From Acidiphilium sp. 37-60-79 (GTDB lineage Bacteria > Pseudomonadota > Alphaproteobacteria > Acetobacterales > Acetobacteraceae): DNA of 24,000 bases. The stretch spans positions 29,235-53,234 of the forward strand of contig NCBV01000008.1 of NCBI GenBank assembly GCA_002279355.1, in the 5' to 3' direction. A program made the position numbers and the translations under genes. Position 1 is the first letter of the stretch. The number at the start of each line of letters is the position of its first letter. Below the pieces are notes generated by a model, which was not told the origin of the DNA, did not search any database, and saw only the letters and a program-made list of their open reading frames with translations. This document shows positions 16,270 through 24,000 of this stretch, piece by piece.

Positions 16270-16294
16270 GGGTGAGGCCATGACGGCCTCACCC
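16270..16294 (-). terminator. GC-rich hairpin 12 nt downstream of the porin stop; possible terminator
   Basis: Perfect 10-bp stem GGGTGAGGCC / GGCCTCACCC with a 5-nt loop. There is no clear U-tract on the minus strand, so efficiency is uncertain. Confidence 0.4.
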
Positions 16295-16305
16295 TTCGCG
16301 TCGTG

Positions 16306-17526
16306 TTAGAACAGAACGCCCGCTTCGATGACGGCCGTTGCTTGATTGCGGCTGGTGCCGCTTGCGCCGTAGCCGGATGAGCCGGGCACGCCGACGGTGG
16401 TAAGATGCAGCAAGCCGACATCACCGCGCACGAACAGGTCGTTTTTCTGCCAGGTCGGCGCGATCGAGATGCCAACGCCTTTGGCGCCAGGGTTGATGAA
16501 CCAATTATCCGGCCCGTTGCTGCTGAAATATTCAACCCAGCCCCCGAGCGAGTAGGGCGATTTACCGAACTGGTAATTGCCGAACACGGCGGCGCCGAGA
16601 TTGCTGGAGGATTTGGTCAGGCCCAGCGAAGCATCGCGCTTGGCTTCGACATATTGCACTTCCGGCACCAAATTGAGGTTACCGCTGGTGTAACTGTAAT
16701 AACCGCCAATCATCGTCGAGTTGACATAATAAGCGCCATAATTGCCAACGAAGCTCTGATTATAGGGCGTCGAGGCTGAGCCATAGATGTGCGCATTGAG
16801 GCCGGTTTTGCCGAAATTTGTGGCACCGAAGACGCTGAGCGCGTTGTTGCTGTCGAACGTGTAAGTGACCAACGCTTGAGCAAAATTCCACACGCCCGTA
16901 TCGAACCCGTCGCCGAAAGCGACCGTGGCGCTCACCGGGCCGGCCGTGTAGGCCGCTTCGACCCCGCGGCTTTGTGAATTTTCCACCGCAAAAATATCAG
17001 TGGTCAGGACGTTGGTATTGTTCCAGTCGACGCCGGATTCAAAGCCTTCCAACGAGCCAATTTTACCCGCCGAGATGCTGAAATTGCTGGTTGGCGCCAA
17101 GGTGACATACCCCGTATAGAGCGGGCCGGTCGAGAAAGTTTGCACCGATGTTTGCGAGGGCTTGCCGCCAAGCACCAGCGAGGTGTTCGAGCTGACTTCG
17201 ATGGTGAATTGCACCAGACCCGTTGATTTCTGCAGCTGGATCAGCCCGTTCATCAGTTCGGCGCCGGTGGTTTTATCGGTGCCGAGCAGGCCGTAATTGG
17301 TCGCGTTGCCGGCGCCGGAGAGCGCGTAGCCGTAGCCATCAAAACCGCCGGAGAGCTCGAGCGGGCCGAGCGGACCGCCATCGATTTTGATCGTCGACGG
17401 ACCGTTGAACGCCATAGCTGCGGGGGGAAGGGCTTGGGCGGCCACCAAGGCGACTCCCGAGCAAACCGCGACGCGTAGCCAATTGCTGCCCGATTTGGTG
17501 CCAGAGTTAAGGTTTAAGAACGACAT
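16306..17526 (-). CDS. Outer-membrane beta-barrel porin
   Basis: Start at MSFLNLNSG (ATG 17526) with GGAGG 4 nt upstream. Signal peptide ends AAMA|FNGP. The body is Gly/Ser/Thr/Tyr/Asn-rich with alternating-strand character. C-terminus is ...AVIEAGVLF, a terminal Phe typical of OMPs. The upstream region is AT-richer. Confidence 0.75.
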   Translation of the reverse strand: MSFLNLNSGTKSGSNWLRVAVCSGVALVAAQALPPAAMAFNGPSTIKIDGGPLGPLELSGGFDGYGYALSGAGNATNYGLLGTDKTTGAELMNGLIQLQKSTGLVQFTIEVSSNTSLVLGGKPSQTSVQTFSTGPLYTGYVTLAPTSNFSISAGKIGSLEGFESGVDWNNTNVLTTDIFAVENSQSRGVEAAYTAGPVSATVAFGDGFDTGVWNFAQALVTYTFDSNNALSVFGATNFGKTGLNAHIYGSASTPYNQSFVGNYGAYYVNSTMIGGYYSYTSGNLNLVPEVQYVEAKRDASLGLTKSSSNLGAAVFGNYQFGKSPYSLGGWVEYFSSNGPDNWFINPGAKGVGISIAPTWQKNDLFVRGDVGLLHLTTVGVPGSSGYGASGTSRNQATAVIEAGVLF

Positions 17527-17566
17527 ACTGCCTCCGTTATGTTCATTGCGCACAACACAAGTCTAA

Positions 17567-17596
17567 ATTTTAGGCACTTGTGACAATCCGAGTCAT
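17567..17596 (-). promoter_or_regulatory. Putative promoter of the porin gene
   Basis: The minus strand reads ATGACT (17596-17591), N18, TAAAAT (17572-17567), about 40 nt upstream of the ATG. This lies in the only clearly AT-rich spacer of the window. Pattern match only. Confidence 0.25.
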
Positions 17597-17715
17597 CAAC
17601 TTCACGAAAATGTCACGGACACGAGATCGTATCAGCAAACGACGTGCCAGCTTACCAAAAATGATTCATCGAAACCGCGGAATGGCCGCAATGTTCCGTG
17701 TATGTGTTTTTTAGG

Positions 17716-20535
17716 TTACGGTTTCGGATCGCCCCTATGCGGGTCAGACGCAAAAAAATCGCGGATTTGCGCAATTGCGGCGGCGAGGCCAAGGCGCTGA
17801 ACCGGCACGCCTTCGGGAAAGGCGTTGAGCAAGCGGCTGGGCGCCGCCCGGTCGATCAGCACGAACACACCACGATCATCGGCGCGGCGGATCAGCCGAC
17901 CAAACGCTTGGCGCAGCCGCAAGCGCACAATGGCATCGTCATAATCGCGCGGGGCGCCGCCCGCGAGAAAATTGCGGCGCACCCGGTGCAAAATATCCGG
18001 ACGCGGCCAGGGCGTGCGCTCGAGCACCACGAGGCGCAACGCGTTGCCCGGCACGTCCACCCCATCGCGCATCGCATCGGTGCCGAGCAAGCAGGCATTC
18101 TGCTCGGCGCGGAACACATCGACGAGGCTGGCATTATTCATCGCATCGACATGCTGGGCATATAGCGGCAATCCAGCCTCTTCGAGCGCCGGGGCAATGC
18201 GCTGATGCACCCCGCGCAGCCGGGCGATGGCGGTAAACAGGCCGAGCGCGCCGCCGCCCGCGGCAAGAAACAGGCTGCGATAGGCGCTGGCGAGCGCCTC
18301 CTCGTTATTGATGGGAATATCGCGGACGATGATCACCCTGGTTTGGTGCGGGTAATCAAAGGGCGAGGCGAAGGCCGCCCGCATGGCGGGGGCGGCGAGA
18401 TGGGCGGCACCGGTGCGCGCTTCGGCAGCGCGCCATTTGGCGTCCATCGCCGCTTCGGCGTCCGGGCCGCTCAGGGGGGTGGCGCTGTCGCGCAGAGTGG
18501 CGGAGGTGATCACCAATCCATGGGCCTGTGCGCCAATGAGCTCGGCAAAGGCTTCGGTGGGGTCGAGCAAATGACCCAGGAGCGCAATATCGCGGTCACG
18601 CTGAATGAACAGCACGCGTGAGGGGCGGTCGCCCGGCGCGGGGGTGGGGCCGGTGACGGCGGCGAGCAGGCGGCGCCACGCGGTGATCGGGTCAATCGCA
18701 CGGCGGGCGAGGCTGCGGCCGAGCGCTTCGATGCGTTGCCGGTCGCGCTCGTCCAGCGTATCGGCCTCGCTATCGAGCCGGGCGATCAGGCGTTGGTGCA
18801 GCACCGTGAGCGGCGCGACAAGCCGTTCCAGCGCCCGATCAAGCGTTGCGGCTGCGCTGACCAGGGCGTCCCCCGCCGGGTGCAAATCAACCTCAATCCG
18901 GCCTTTTTGCTCGGGCTCGGCACTGGCGGCGCGCGCCCTGGCGGCGGCATCAAGGGCGGCGAGGAATTGCTCGGCGGGAGCGGTGCCGACTTGGTCGAGC
19001 GGATTTTCCGCCCAGTCAGGGTTTTCGCTCAGGCGCCGGTTGGCCAGCCAGGCTTCACCGGGCAGAACGCGGGCGGCGATCAGCACCGCATCGAGCGGGG
19101 CAACGAGCGTGTCGTCTGCCGCGCAAAAATCATCGAGCCGTCGGGCAAGGCCCCGCGCCCGCGAGCGGCCCCCTTCGGCGCCGAGCAGCCAGCGGCGCAA
19201 TTCGGCCATCGCCGCACCGGAGAGCTCGACCGCAAAGGCGCTATCCGCCGCATCGAACACGTGATGCCCTTCATCAAACACGTAGCGGGTGGGCACTTGG
19301 CTATCATCCAACCCACCCCAAGCGGCTTGCGCCATGACCAGCGCATGATTGGCGATCACCAAATCAGCGCCACGCGCGCGGCGGACCACCTGTTCGATGG
19401 TGCAGCGTTTCCAATGCGCGCAGGCGGCATGAATACATTCGCCGCGCCGATCAACAATGGTCGGCAGGAGGCTATTGCCGAACAAATCAGCAAACCAGCC
19501 CGGCAAATCACCGCCGGTCACGTCGTGATCACCGGAGAGCAAGGCCCAGCGGGCGATCAGCCCCATCGCGATGAGGCTACTGGCGCGCGCCGCACCAAGC
19601 GCATCCTCATAATTGAGCAGACAGAGATAATTTTCGCGCCCCTTGCGCAGCACCACGCGGGCGCGGCGGCGCACCGGGTCGGGTTCCAGCCGTTCGAGCT
19701 CCTGTTCAATCTGGCGCTGCAAATGCCGCGTATAGGTGGCGATCCAGACCGGGCCATCATTTTGCTCGGCCCAGAGCGAAGCGGGGGCGATATAGCCGAG
19801 GGTTTTGCCGGTGCCGGTGCCGGCTTCGGCGAGCACGCAATGGGGCGCGCCCTCCTGATCGCGCGGGGCGAAGGCCGCGCTGACGGCGGAGGCGTAATCG
19901 GCCTGGGCCGGGCGCGGTTCGGCGCCGGTGCCAAGCATTTGGGCGAGCCGCGTGCGGGCCGCTTCGGTGCCGACGGGAAAGGCCGTCGGGGGCGGGCGCG
20001 GCGCCTGCTCCTCCCATTCGGGCAAGATGGACCAGAGTTTTAACCCCGCCGGATCGGGCCGGGCGGCGGGTGCGCCGAGGGCGGCGAGCACGCTGCGCGC
20101 CCAGGGCCAGCCGGCACCGCCCATCAACGCAGCCAAGCCCGCCGCGTGGCGGTTCATCGGTAAATCACGCCCCTGGAGCAGAATGCCGAGCAAGGCGGCG
20201 ACCCAATTTTGCATCGCACTCGCCGCCGCTTCGAGCGTGGTTGGCACCGTCTCATCGAGCGCACGGGCGAGTCCCGCCGGGGTGGGCGCGCAATTTTGCG
20301 CAGGCCGGGCAAAGGCGAAGAGTTCCAGCACATCCAGAACCGGCAGCGAAAGCCCAAGACGTTTTTGCACCGATGGCGCATGGATCACCAGGGGCGGCGG
20401 CAATGGCTTGAGGGCATGGCGCGCCTCATTGATGGTGAGGGTCATCAACTCGCCATCGCCCGAGAGAATCACAGCGTGGCCATAAGCGACCACGAGACAG
20501 GGCGCGTCGGGGAGCAAAATGGTTGCGGCAGCCAT
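17716..20535 (-). CDS. DinG/Rad3-family (XPD-like) Fe-S ATP-dependent DNA helicase with an N-terminal extension
   Basis: 939 aa. Walker A is AEAGTGTGKTLGY (aa ~236-248). The DEAH-box variant is VFDEGHHV. The Fe-S cysteines are YLCLLNY plus GECIHAACAHWKRC (C-x4-C-x5-C, as in DinG). The C-terminal helicase motifs are SATL... and RLIRRADDRGVFVLIDRA. Confidence 0.88.
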   Translation of the reverse strand: MAAATILLPDAPCLVVAYGHAVILSGDGELMTLTINEARHALKPLPPPLVIHAPSVQKRLGLSLPVLDVLELFAFARPAQNCAPTPAGLARALDETVPTTLEAAASAMQNWVAALLGILLQGRDLPMNRHAAGLAALMGGAGWPWARSVLAALGAPAARPDPAGLKLWSILPEWEEQAPRPPPTAFPVGTEAARTRLAQMLGTGAEPRPAQADYASAVSAAFAPRDQEGAPHCVLAEAGTGTGKTLGYIAPASLWAEQNDGPVWIATYTRHLQRQIEQELERLEPDPVRRRARVVLRKGRENYLCLLNYEDALGAARASSLIAMGLIARWALLSGDHDVTGGDLPGWFADLFGNSLLPTIVDRRGECIHAACAHWKRCTIEQVVRRARGADLVIANHALVMAQAAWGGLDDSQVPTRYVFDEGHHVFDAADSAFAVELSGAAMAELRRWLLGAEGGRSRARGLARRLDDFCAADDTLVAPLDAVLIAARVLPGEAWLANRRLSENPDWAENPLDQVGTAPAEQFLAALDAAARARAASAEPEQKGRIEVDLHPAGDALVSAAATLDRALERLVAPLTVLHQRLIARLDSEADTLDERDRQRIEALGRSLARRAIDPITAWRRLLAAVTGPTPAPGDRPSRVLFIQRDRDIALLGHLLDPTEAFAELIGAQAHGLVITSATLRDSATPLSGPDAEAAMDAKWRAAEARTGAAHLAAPAMRAAFASPFDYPHQTRVIIVRDIPINNEEALASAYRSLFLAAGGGALGLFTAIARLRGVHQRIAPALEEAGLPLYAQHVDAMNNASLVDVFRAEQNACLLGTDAMRDGVDVPGNALRLVVLERTPWPRPDILHRVRRNFLAGGAPRDYDDAIVRLRLRQAFGRLIRRADDRGVFVLIDRAAPSRLLNAFPEGVPVQRLGLAAAIAQIRDFFASDPHRGDPKP

Positions 20536-20589
20536 GCGCGCTCATATCGTGGTTTGCGTTCGGGCGAAACGGCGGTTACAGCCGAGCCT

Positions 20590-22158
20590 ATGAATGCACC
20601 CCCTGCCCTTCCGAATTCCTGGCCGTTTCGTGAGGCCGCCCGCGTGGCCGAGCGGTTGGCGCGCAGCGGCAAAACCCATGCGCTGTTTGAAACCGGCTAC
20701 GGCCCGTCCGGCCTGCCACATATTGGCACCTTCATGGAGGTGGCGCGCACCTCATGGATCCGGCTGGCATTCAGCCGCTTGACCGGTTTGCCATCGACTT
20801 TGTTGGCGTTTTCCGATGACATGGATGCTCTGCGCAAAGTGCCGGGCAATGTGCCGAACCAGGATTTGTTGCGCGGGTTCATTGGCAAGCCGCTGACCCA
20901 GGTGCCAGACCCGTTTGGCACCCACGATAGTTTTGGCGCCCATAATAATGCCCGGTTGCGCGCCTTCCTCGATCAATTCGGGTTTGAATACGAATTCGCC
21001 TCATCGACCGATTATTATCGCGGCGGGCGGTTCAACCCGGCTCTGCGCACGATTGCGGCGCATCATGACACGATTCGCGCTATTATTGCCCCGACATTGG
21101 GGCCGGAACGGCGCGCGACCTATTCGCCGATTTTACCGATCCATCCCGAGACCGGGGTGGTGATGCAGGTGCGCATCGATCATGTCGATACGGCGGCGGC
21201 GATGGTGACTTGGACCGATCCAGACACGAGCGCCACCTATACCACCTCCATCCTGGATGGGGCCGCAAAGCTGCAATGGAAAGCCGATTGGGCGATGCGC
21301 TGGTTTGCCCTCGATGTTGATTACGAGATGTCGGGCAAGGATTTGATCGATTCGGTGAAGCTGTCGAGCGCGATTGTGCGGGCGCTGGACGCCGCACCGC
21401 CGGAAACCTTCACTTATGAGCTGTTTTTGGACGAGGCTGGGCAAAAAATCAGCAAATCCAAGGGTAACGGGCTCTCGGTCGAGCAGTTTCTCGCCTATGG
21501 GCCGCCGGAAAGCCTGGGGCAGTTTATGTTCGCCGCACCGCAGCGGGCGAAGCGGCTCTATTTCGACGTGATCCCGAAAGCGACCGATGAATATATCGCG
21601 AGCGTCGATGCGCTCTGCGCCGGGCGCGGGGTCGCTGAGGAAAATCCGGCCTGGTTCATTCATGGCGGGGTGATTCCCGATCGCTCAGGCAGCGCCATTC
21701 CGTTTGGCATGCTGCTGAATTTGGCCTCGGTGGTGAATGCCGAGACGCCGGATTTGCTCTGGGGCTTCATTCGCGCTTATCGGCCCGAGGCCAGCCCGGA
21801 GACGGAGCCATTCCTGGCACGGCTGGTCGATTACGCCGTGCGTTATTATCAAGATTTCGTGCGCCCAACCAAGCAATATCGCCCGGCTAGCGCATTGGAG
21901 GCGGCGGCGTTGCAGGATTTGGCGAATTCGCTCCGTTCCCTCCCACCTGGCACCGATGCGGAAGCCTTGCAGACGCTGGTTTATGATGTCGGCAAGCGCC
22001 ATCCCTTCGCCGCGTTGCGCGATTGGTTTGGCTGCTTATACCAAGTGTTGCTGGGCCAGAGTGAGGGGCCGCGCTTTGGCGGTTTCGTCGCACTTTATGG
22101 CATTGCACCGACCATTGCCTTGATCGAAACCGCTTTGGCACGCGACGCGGCGGGGTAA
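20590..22158 (+). CDS. lysK: Class I lysyl-tRNA synthetase
   Basis: Start at MNAPPALPNSWPFREA (ATG 20590), giving 522 aa. Motifs: ETGYGPSGLPHIGTF (HIGH-type), KISKSKGNG (KMSKS-type), KADWAMRWFALDVDYEMSGKDL. The upstream part of ORF 20209.. is antisense to the helicase gene. Confidence 0.93.
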   Translation: MNAPPALPNSWPFREAARVAERLARSGKTHALFETGYGPSGLPHIGTFMEVARTSWIRLAFSRLTGLPSTLLAFSDDMDALRKVPGNVPNQDLLRGFIGKPLTQVPDPFGTHDSFGAHNNARLRAFLDQFGFEYEFASSTDYYRGGRFNPALRTIAAHHDTIRAIIAPTLGPERRATYSPILPIHPETGVVMQVRIDHVDTAAAMVTWTDPDTSATYTTSILDGAAKLQWKADWAMRWFALDVDYEMSGKDLIDSVKLSSAIVRALDAAPPETFTYELFLDEAGQKISKSKGNGLSVEQFLAYGPPESLGQFMFAAPQRAKRLYFDVIPKATDEYIASVDALCAGRGVAEENPAWFIHGGVIPDRSGSAIPFGMLLNLASVVNAETPDLLWGFIRAYRPEASPETEPFLARLVDYAVRYYQDFVRPTKQYRPASALEAAALQDLANSLRSLPPGTDAEALQTLVYDVGKRHPFAALRDWFGCLYQVLLGQSEGPRFGGFVALYGIAPTIALIETALARDAAG

Positions 22159-22291
22159 AGCAGCCACGTTCTGTGGTAGCAATGCCGCAGCGGCGTAAAA
22201 CTTGCGTCATCGCGCAGTCGGCCTGTCGGCAACGCGTTGAAACGATATTACATTGGTCGTATGGCGTTGTCATTGGCCCGAACCCGCACGC

Positions 22292-22498
22292 ATGTCCGTT
22301 ATTGGCACCGTTATTGGCCCCGTGATTGGTGCGGCGGTTGGCTGGACCAGTTGTTTCTCCAGCGGATCGGGCTTTGATGAAATTGCCGAAAAAATCGACG
22401 CACCCCTCGCCGAAAGCGCCGCGCGCGTTGGCGGAGAGCTGCGTGGTGATCGTCACGGGGTTGGATCGGGACGGGCAGCCTTTGGCGCGACCGGTTGA
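22292..22498 (+). CDS. Speculative small ORF (68 aa) with an N-terminal GxxxG glycine-zipper segment
   Basis: Translation MSVIGTVIGPVIGAAVGW... is encoded by the 12-nt repeat. There is no SD. Its 3' part overlaps the rnr frame, which has the more genome-typical third-position G/C bias. Probably not a real full-length gene. Confidence 0.2.
   Translation: MSVIGTVIGPVIGAAVGWTSCFSSGSGFDEIAEKIDAPLAESAARVGGELRGDRHGVGSGRAAFGATG
22296..22343 (+). repeat. Four tandem, degenerate 12-nt units (GTTATTGGCACC / GTTATTGGCCCC / GTGATTGGTGCG / GCGGTTGGCTGG)
   Basis: Read directly. The (A)TTGG core recurs every 12 nt at 22301, 22313, 22325 and 22337. Further ATTGG copies sit at 22252 and 22272. Confidence 0.6.
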
Positions 22499-24000
22499 TT
22501 GGACCGGCGGGCGCGCGCCGGTTATTTATATGCGCCCCGAACGCAGCGGCCAGCCAGCTTTGGCGCCGGGCTCACGGGTGATCGCCCGGCTGCGGCGCAT
22601 TGGTGGTGACCGCTATGAGGGGCGCACGATCAAATTATTGGACCGGGTGCCGGTGACGGTGATCGGGGTATTTCGGGCGGATGATCCGGCGATGCCCGAA
22701 CGCGGCGGACGCATCGAGCCGGTGGACCGGAAAATCCGGGCCGATTGGATCGTGCCGGCGGGCGCGGCTGGGGATGCGACCAACGGCATGATCGTGCGCG
22801 CCGAACCGCTGGCGGGCGGCGGCTTTGGCCTGCAAAAAGCCCAGATTATCGATTGTCTGGGCGGCATTGATGATGCGCGCTCGATCAGCCTCATTGCGAT
22901 TGCGAGCCTTGGCATTCCCGATATTTTCCCGCCCGAAGCCATCGCTGAAGCGCAAGCGGCGGGGCCGACGCGACTCGGCCAGCGCACTGATTTACGCGAT
23001 GTGGCGCTGGTCACCATCGACGGGGCGGATGCGCGCGATTTTGACGATGCGGTGTTCGCAATTCCGGAGCAGAATGGCTACCGGCTGATCGTCGCGATCG
23101 CCGATGTCGCCTCCTATGTCGTGGCGGGTTCGGCGCTGGATCGCGAAGCGCGGCTGCGCGGCAATTCGGTCTATTTCCCTGATCGGGTGGTGCCGATGCT
23201 GCCCGAAGCCTTGTCCAATGGCTGGTGCAGCCTGCGGCCGGACGAAGATAGGGGCTGCTTGTTCGTGGAAATGCGAATTGGCGCAGATGGGCGCAAAATT
23301 TCACACCGTTTTGGCCGTGGGCTGATGCGCAGTGCGGCGCGTTTGACCTATGAACAGGCGCAAGCGGCGCACGATGAGCAGCGCGACGAAGGGCTGCCGG
23401 GCGGCACGATTGGGCATTTATTTGGCGCCTATGCGCGTCTGGCGGCGGCACGCGCCGCACGCGGCACGCTCGATCTCGATTTGCCGGAACGCCAGATCAC
23501 GCTGGGTGACGATGGGCATGTGGCTTCGGTCACGCCGCGACCCCGGCTGGATAGTCACCGGCTGATCGAGGAATTCATGATCCTCGCCAATGTCGCGGCG
23601 GCGGAGGAGTTGGAACGGCTGGTGCAGCCTTGCATGTATCGGGTGCATGCCCCGCCCTCGGCGGAAAAATTGGATGCGCTGCGGGGGCTGTTGAGCACAT
23701 TCTCGATTAGTTTGAAGCCGGGCGATCAGCTGCATCCGCGTGATCTGGACCAGATTTTACGCAATGTGGCGGGCACGCCGAGTGCGGCGCTGGTCAATGA
23801 GGCGATTTTGCGCAGCCAATCGCAGGCGGAATATGCGCCGGAGAATATTGGCCATTTCGGTTTGGGCTTGCGGGCCTATGCGCATTTCACCTCGCCGATA
23901 CGTCGCTATGCGGATTTGCTGGTGCATCGGGCTTTGATTGCCGGGCTCAAGCTCGGCGCCGATGGGCTGGATTCCGATGCCGGGGCGCGATTTGCCGATT
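22377..24000 (+). CDS. rnr: Ribonuclease R (RNB family 3'-5' exoribonuclease); the 3' end lies outside the window
   Basis: Not in the ORF track because there is no stop before the edge. I translated the frame with codon starts at multiples of 3 and found it open from TGA 22323 to 23999. Motifs: VVIVTGLDRDGQPLARPVDW, VTIDGADARDFDDAVFA, IADVASYV, GNSVYFPDRVVPMLPEALSNGWCSL, HFGLGLRAYAHFTSPIRRYADLLVHRAL. The start is uncertain among ATG 22377, GTG 22329 and GTG 22443 (GGAG 6 nt upstream). Confidence 0.9.
   Translation, partial: MKLPKKSTHPSPKAPRALAESCVVIVTGLDRDGQPLARPVDWTGGRAPVIYMRPERSGQPALAPGSRVIARLRRIGGDRYEGRTIKLLDRVPVTVIGVFRADDPAMPERGGRIEPVDRKIRADWIVPAGAAGDATNGMIVRAEPLAGGGFGLQKAQIIDCLGGIDDARSISLIAIASLGIPDIFPPEAIAEAQAAGPTRLGQRTDLRDVALVTIDGADARDFDDAVFAIPEQNGYRLIVAIADVASYVVAGSALDREARLRGNSVYFPDRVVPMLPEALSNGWCSLRPDEDRGCLFVEMRIGADGRKISHRFGRGLMRSAARLTYEQAQAAHDEQRDEGLPGGTIGHLFGAYARLAAARAARGTLDLDLPERQITLGDDGHVASVTPRPRLDSHRLIEEFMILANVAAAEELERLVQPCMYRVHAPPSAEKLDALRGLLSTFSISLKPGDQLHPRDLDQILRNVAGTPSAALVNEAILRSQSQAEYAPENIGHFGLGLRAYAHFTSPIRRYADLLVHRALIAGLKLGADGLDSDAGARFAD

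Noticed and set aside
17580-17616. Inverted 6-mers GTGACA ... TGTCAC upstream of the porin gene (CRP/FNR-like?)
   Set aside because: The arms are only 6 bp and lie 25 nt apart. This is not the TGTGA-N6-TCACA geometry and is likely chance in an AT-rich spacer.
18736-20043. 435-aa plus-strand ORF, the second-longest unassigned ORF in the track
   Set aside because: It is entirely antisense to the well-supported helicase gene. The composition is Gly/Arg/Ala-rich and low-complexity with no recognisable motifs. This is the typical shadow ORF of a GC-rich genome.
20209-20589. 127-codon upstream extension of the lysK ORF
   Set aside because: It overlaps the helicase 5' end on the opposite strand and has no LysRS similarity. 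Class-I LysRS homology starts at the Met at 20590.
22230-22239. Perfect 10-bp palindrome CAACGCGTTG in the lysK-rnr spacer
   Set aside because: About two dozen 10-bp palindromes are expected by chance in a window this size. There is no second copy or associated regulator.
22303-22318. Sigma-54-like element TGGCAC-N5-TTGGC within the 12-nt repeat
   Set aside because: The -12 element reads TTGG(C) rather than TTGC at the required spacing, so the invariant GC is misplaced. It is most simply a by-product of the ATTGGC repeat.
22400-22440. 'LAES' appears in both the mini-ORF frame and the rnr frame, hinting at a frameshifted rnr N-terminus
   Set aside because: It arises from two different nearby DNA segments (ctcgccgaaagc and ttggcggagagc). 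Neither upstream frame shows RNase R N-terminal similarity.

Overview
GC-rich, very gene-dense segment of about 20 genes with almost no intergenic DNA. It reads like core alphaproteobacterial chromosome, not an accessory island. That taxonomic call is an inference from a class-I LysRS, xerD next to aroK/aroB, and FlhA. Left to right: flhA 3' part; a 181-aa FlhG/MinD-like ORF without a P-loop; xerD (-); fused aroK-aroB; a paiB-like gene; a DUF429-like hypothetical (-); cytochrome b561; a YmdB-type metallophosphoesterase (-); a czcCBA-ordered RND efflux operon (OMF, MFP, RND pump); a minus-strand operon of ECH1-like crotonase, DavA-like CN-hydrolase and DavB-like flavin monooxygenase; an outer-membrane beta-barrel porin (-); a 939-aa DinG/Rad3-type Fe-S helicase (-); class-I lysyl-tRNA synthetase; and the 5' two-thirds of RNase R. 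That last ORF is open at the window edge and therefore absent from the ORF track. I recognised no rRNA, tRNA, CRISPR array, IS element, phage gene or defence-island hallmark. I did not find a convincing self-contained novel system. The items most worth a second look are: the degenerate FlhG-like protein; a five-run G-quadruplex/i-motif tract in the xerD/aroKB divergent region; the crotonase-davA-davB operon, including a possible homopolymer frameshift at the davA 3' end; an RND pump with an atypical TM4 motif and no adjacent regulator; a 12-nt periodic repeat / GxxxG mini-ORF upstream of an RNase R that seems to lack its N-terminal HTH region; and several convergent gene pairs whose coding tails overlap. 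All functional calls rest on motifs read by eye from the translations. No database search was run.
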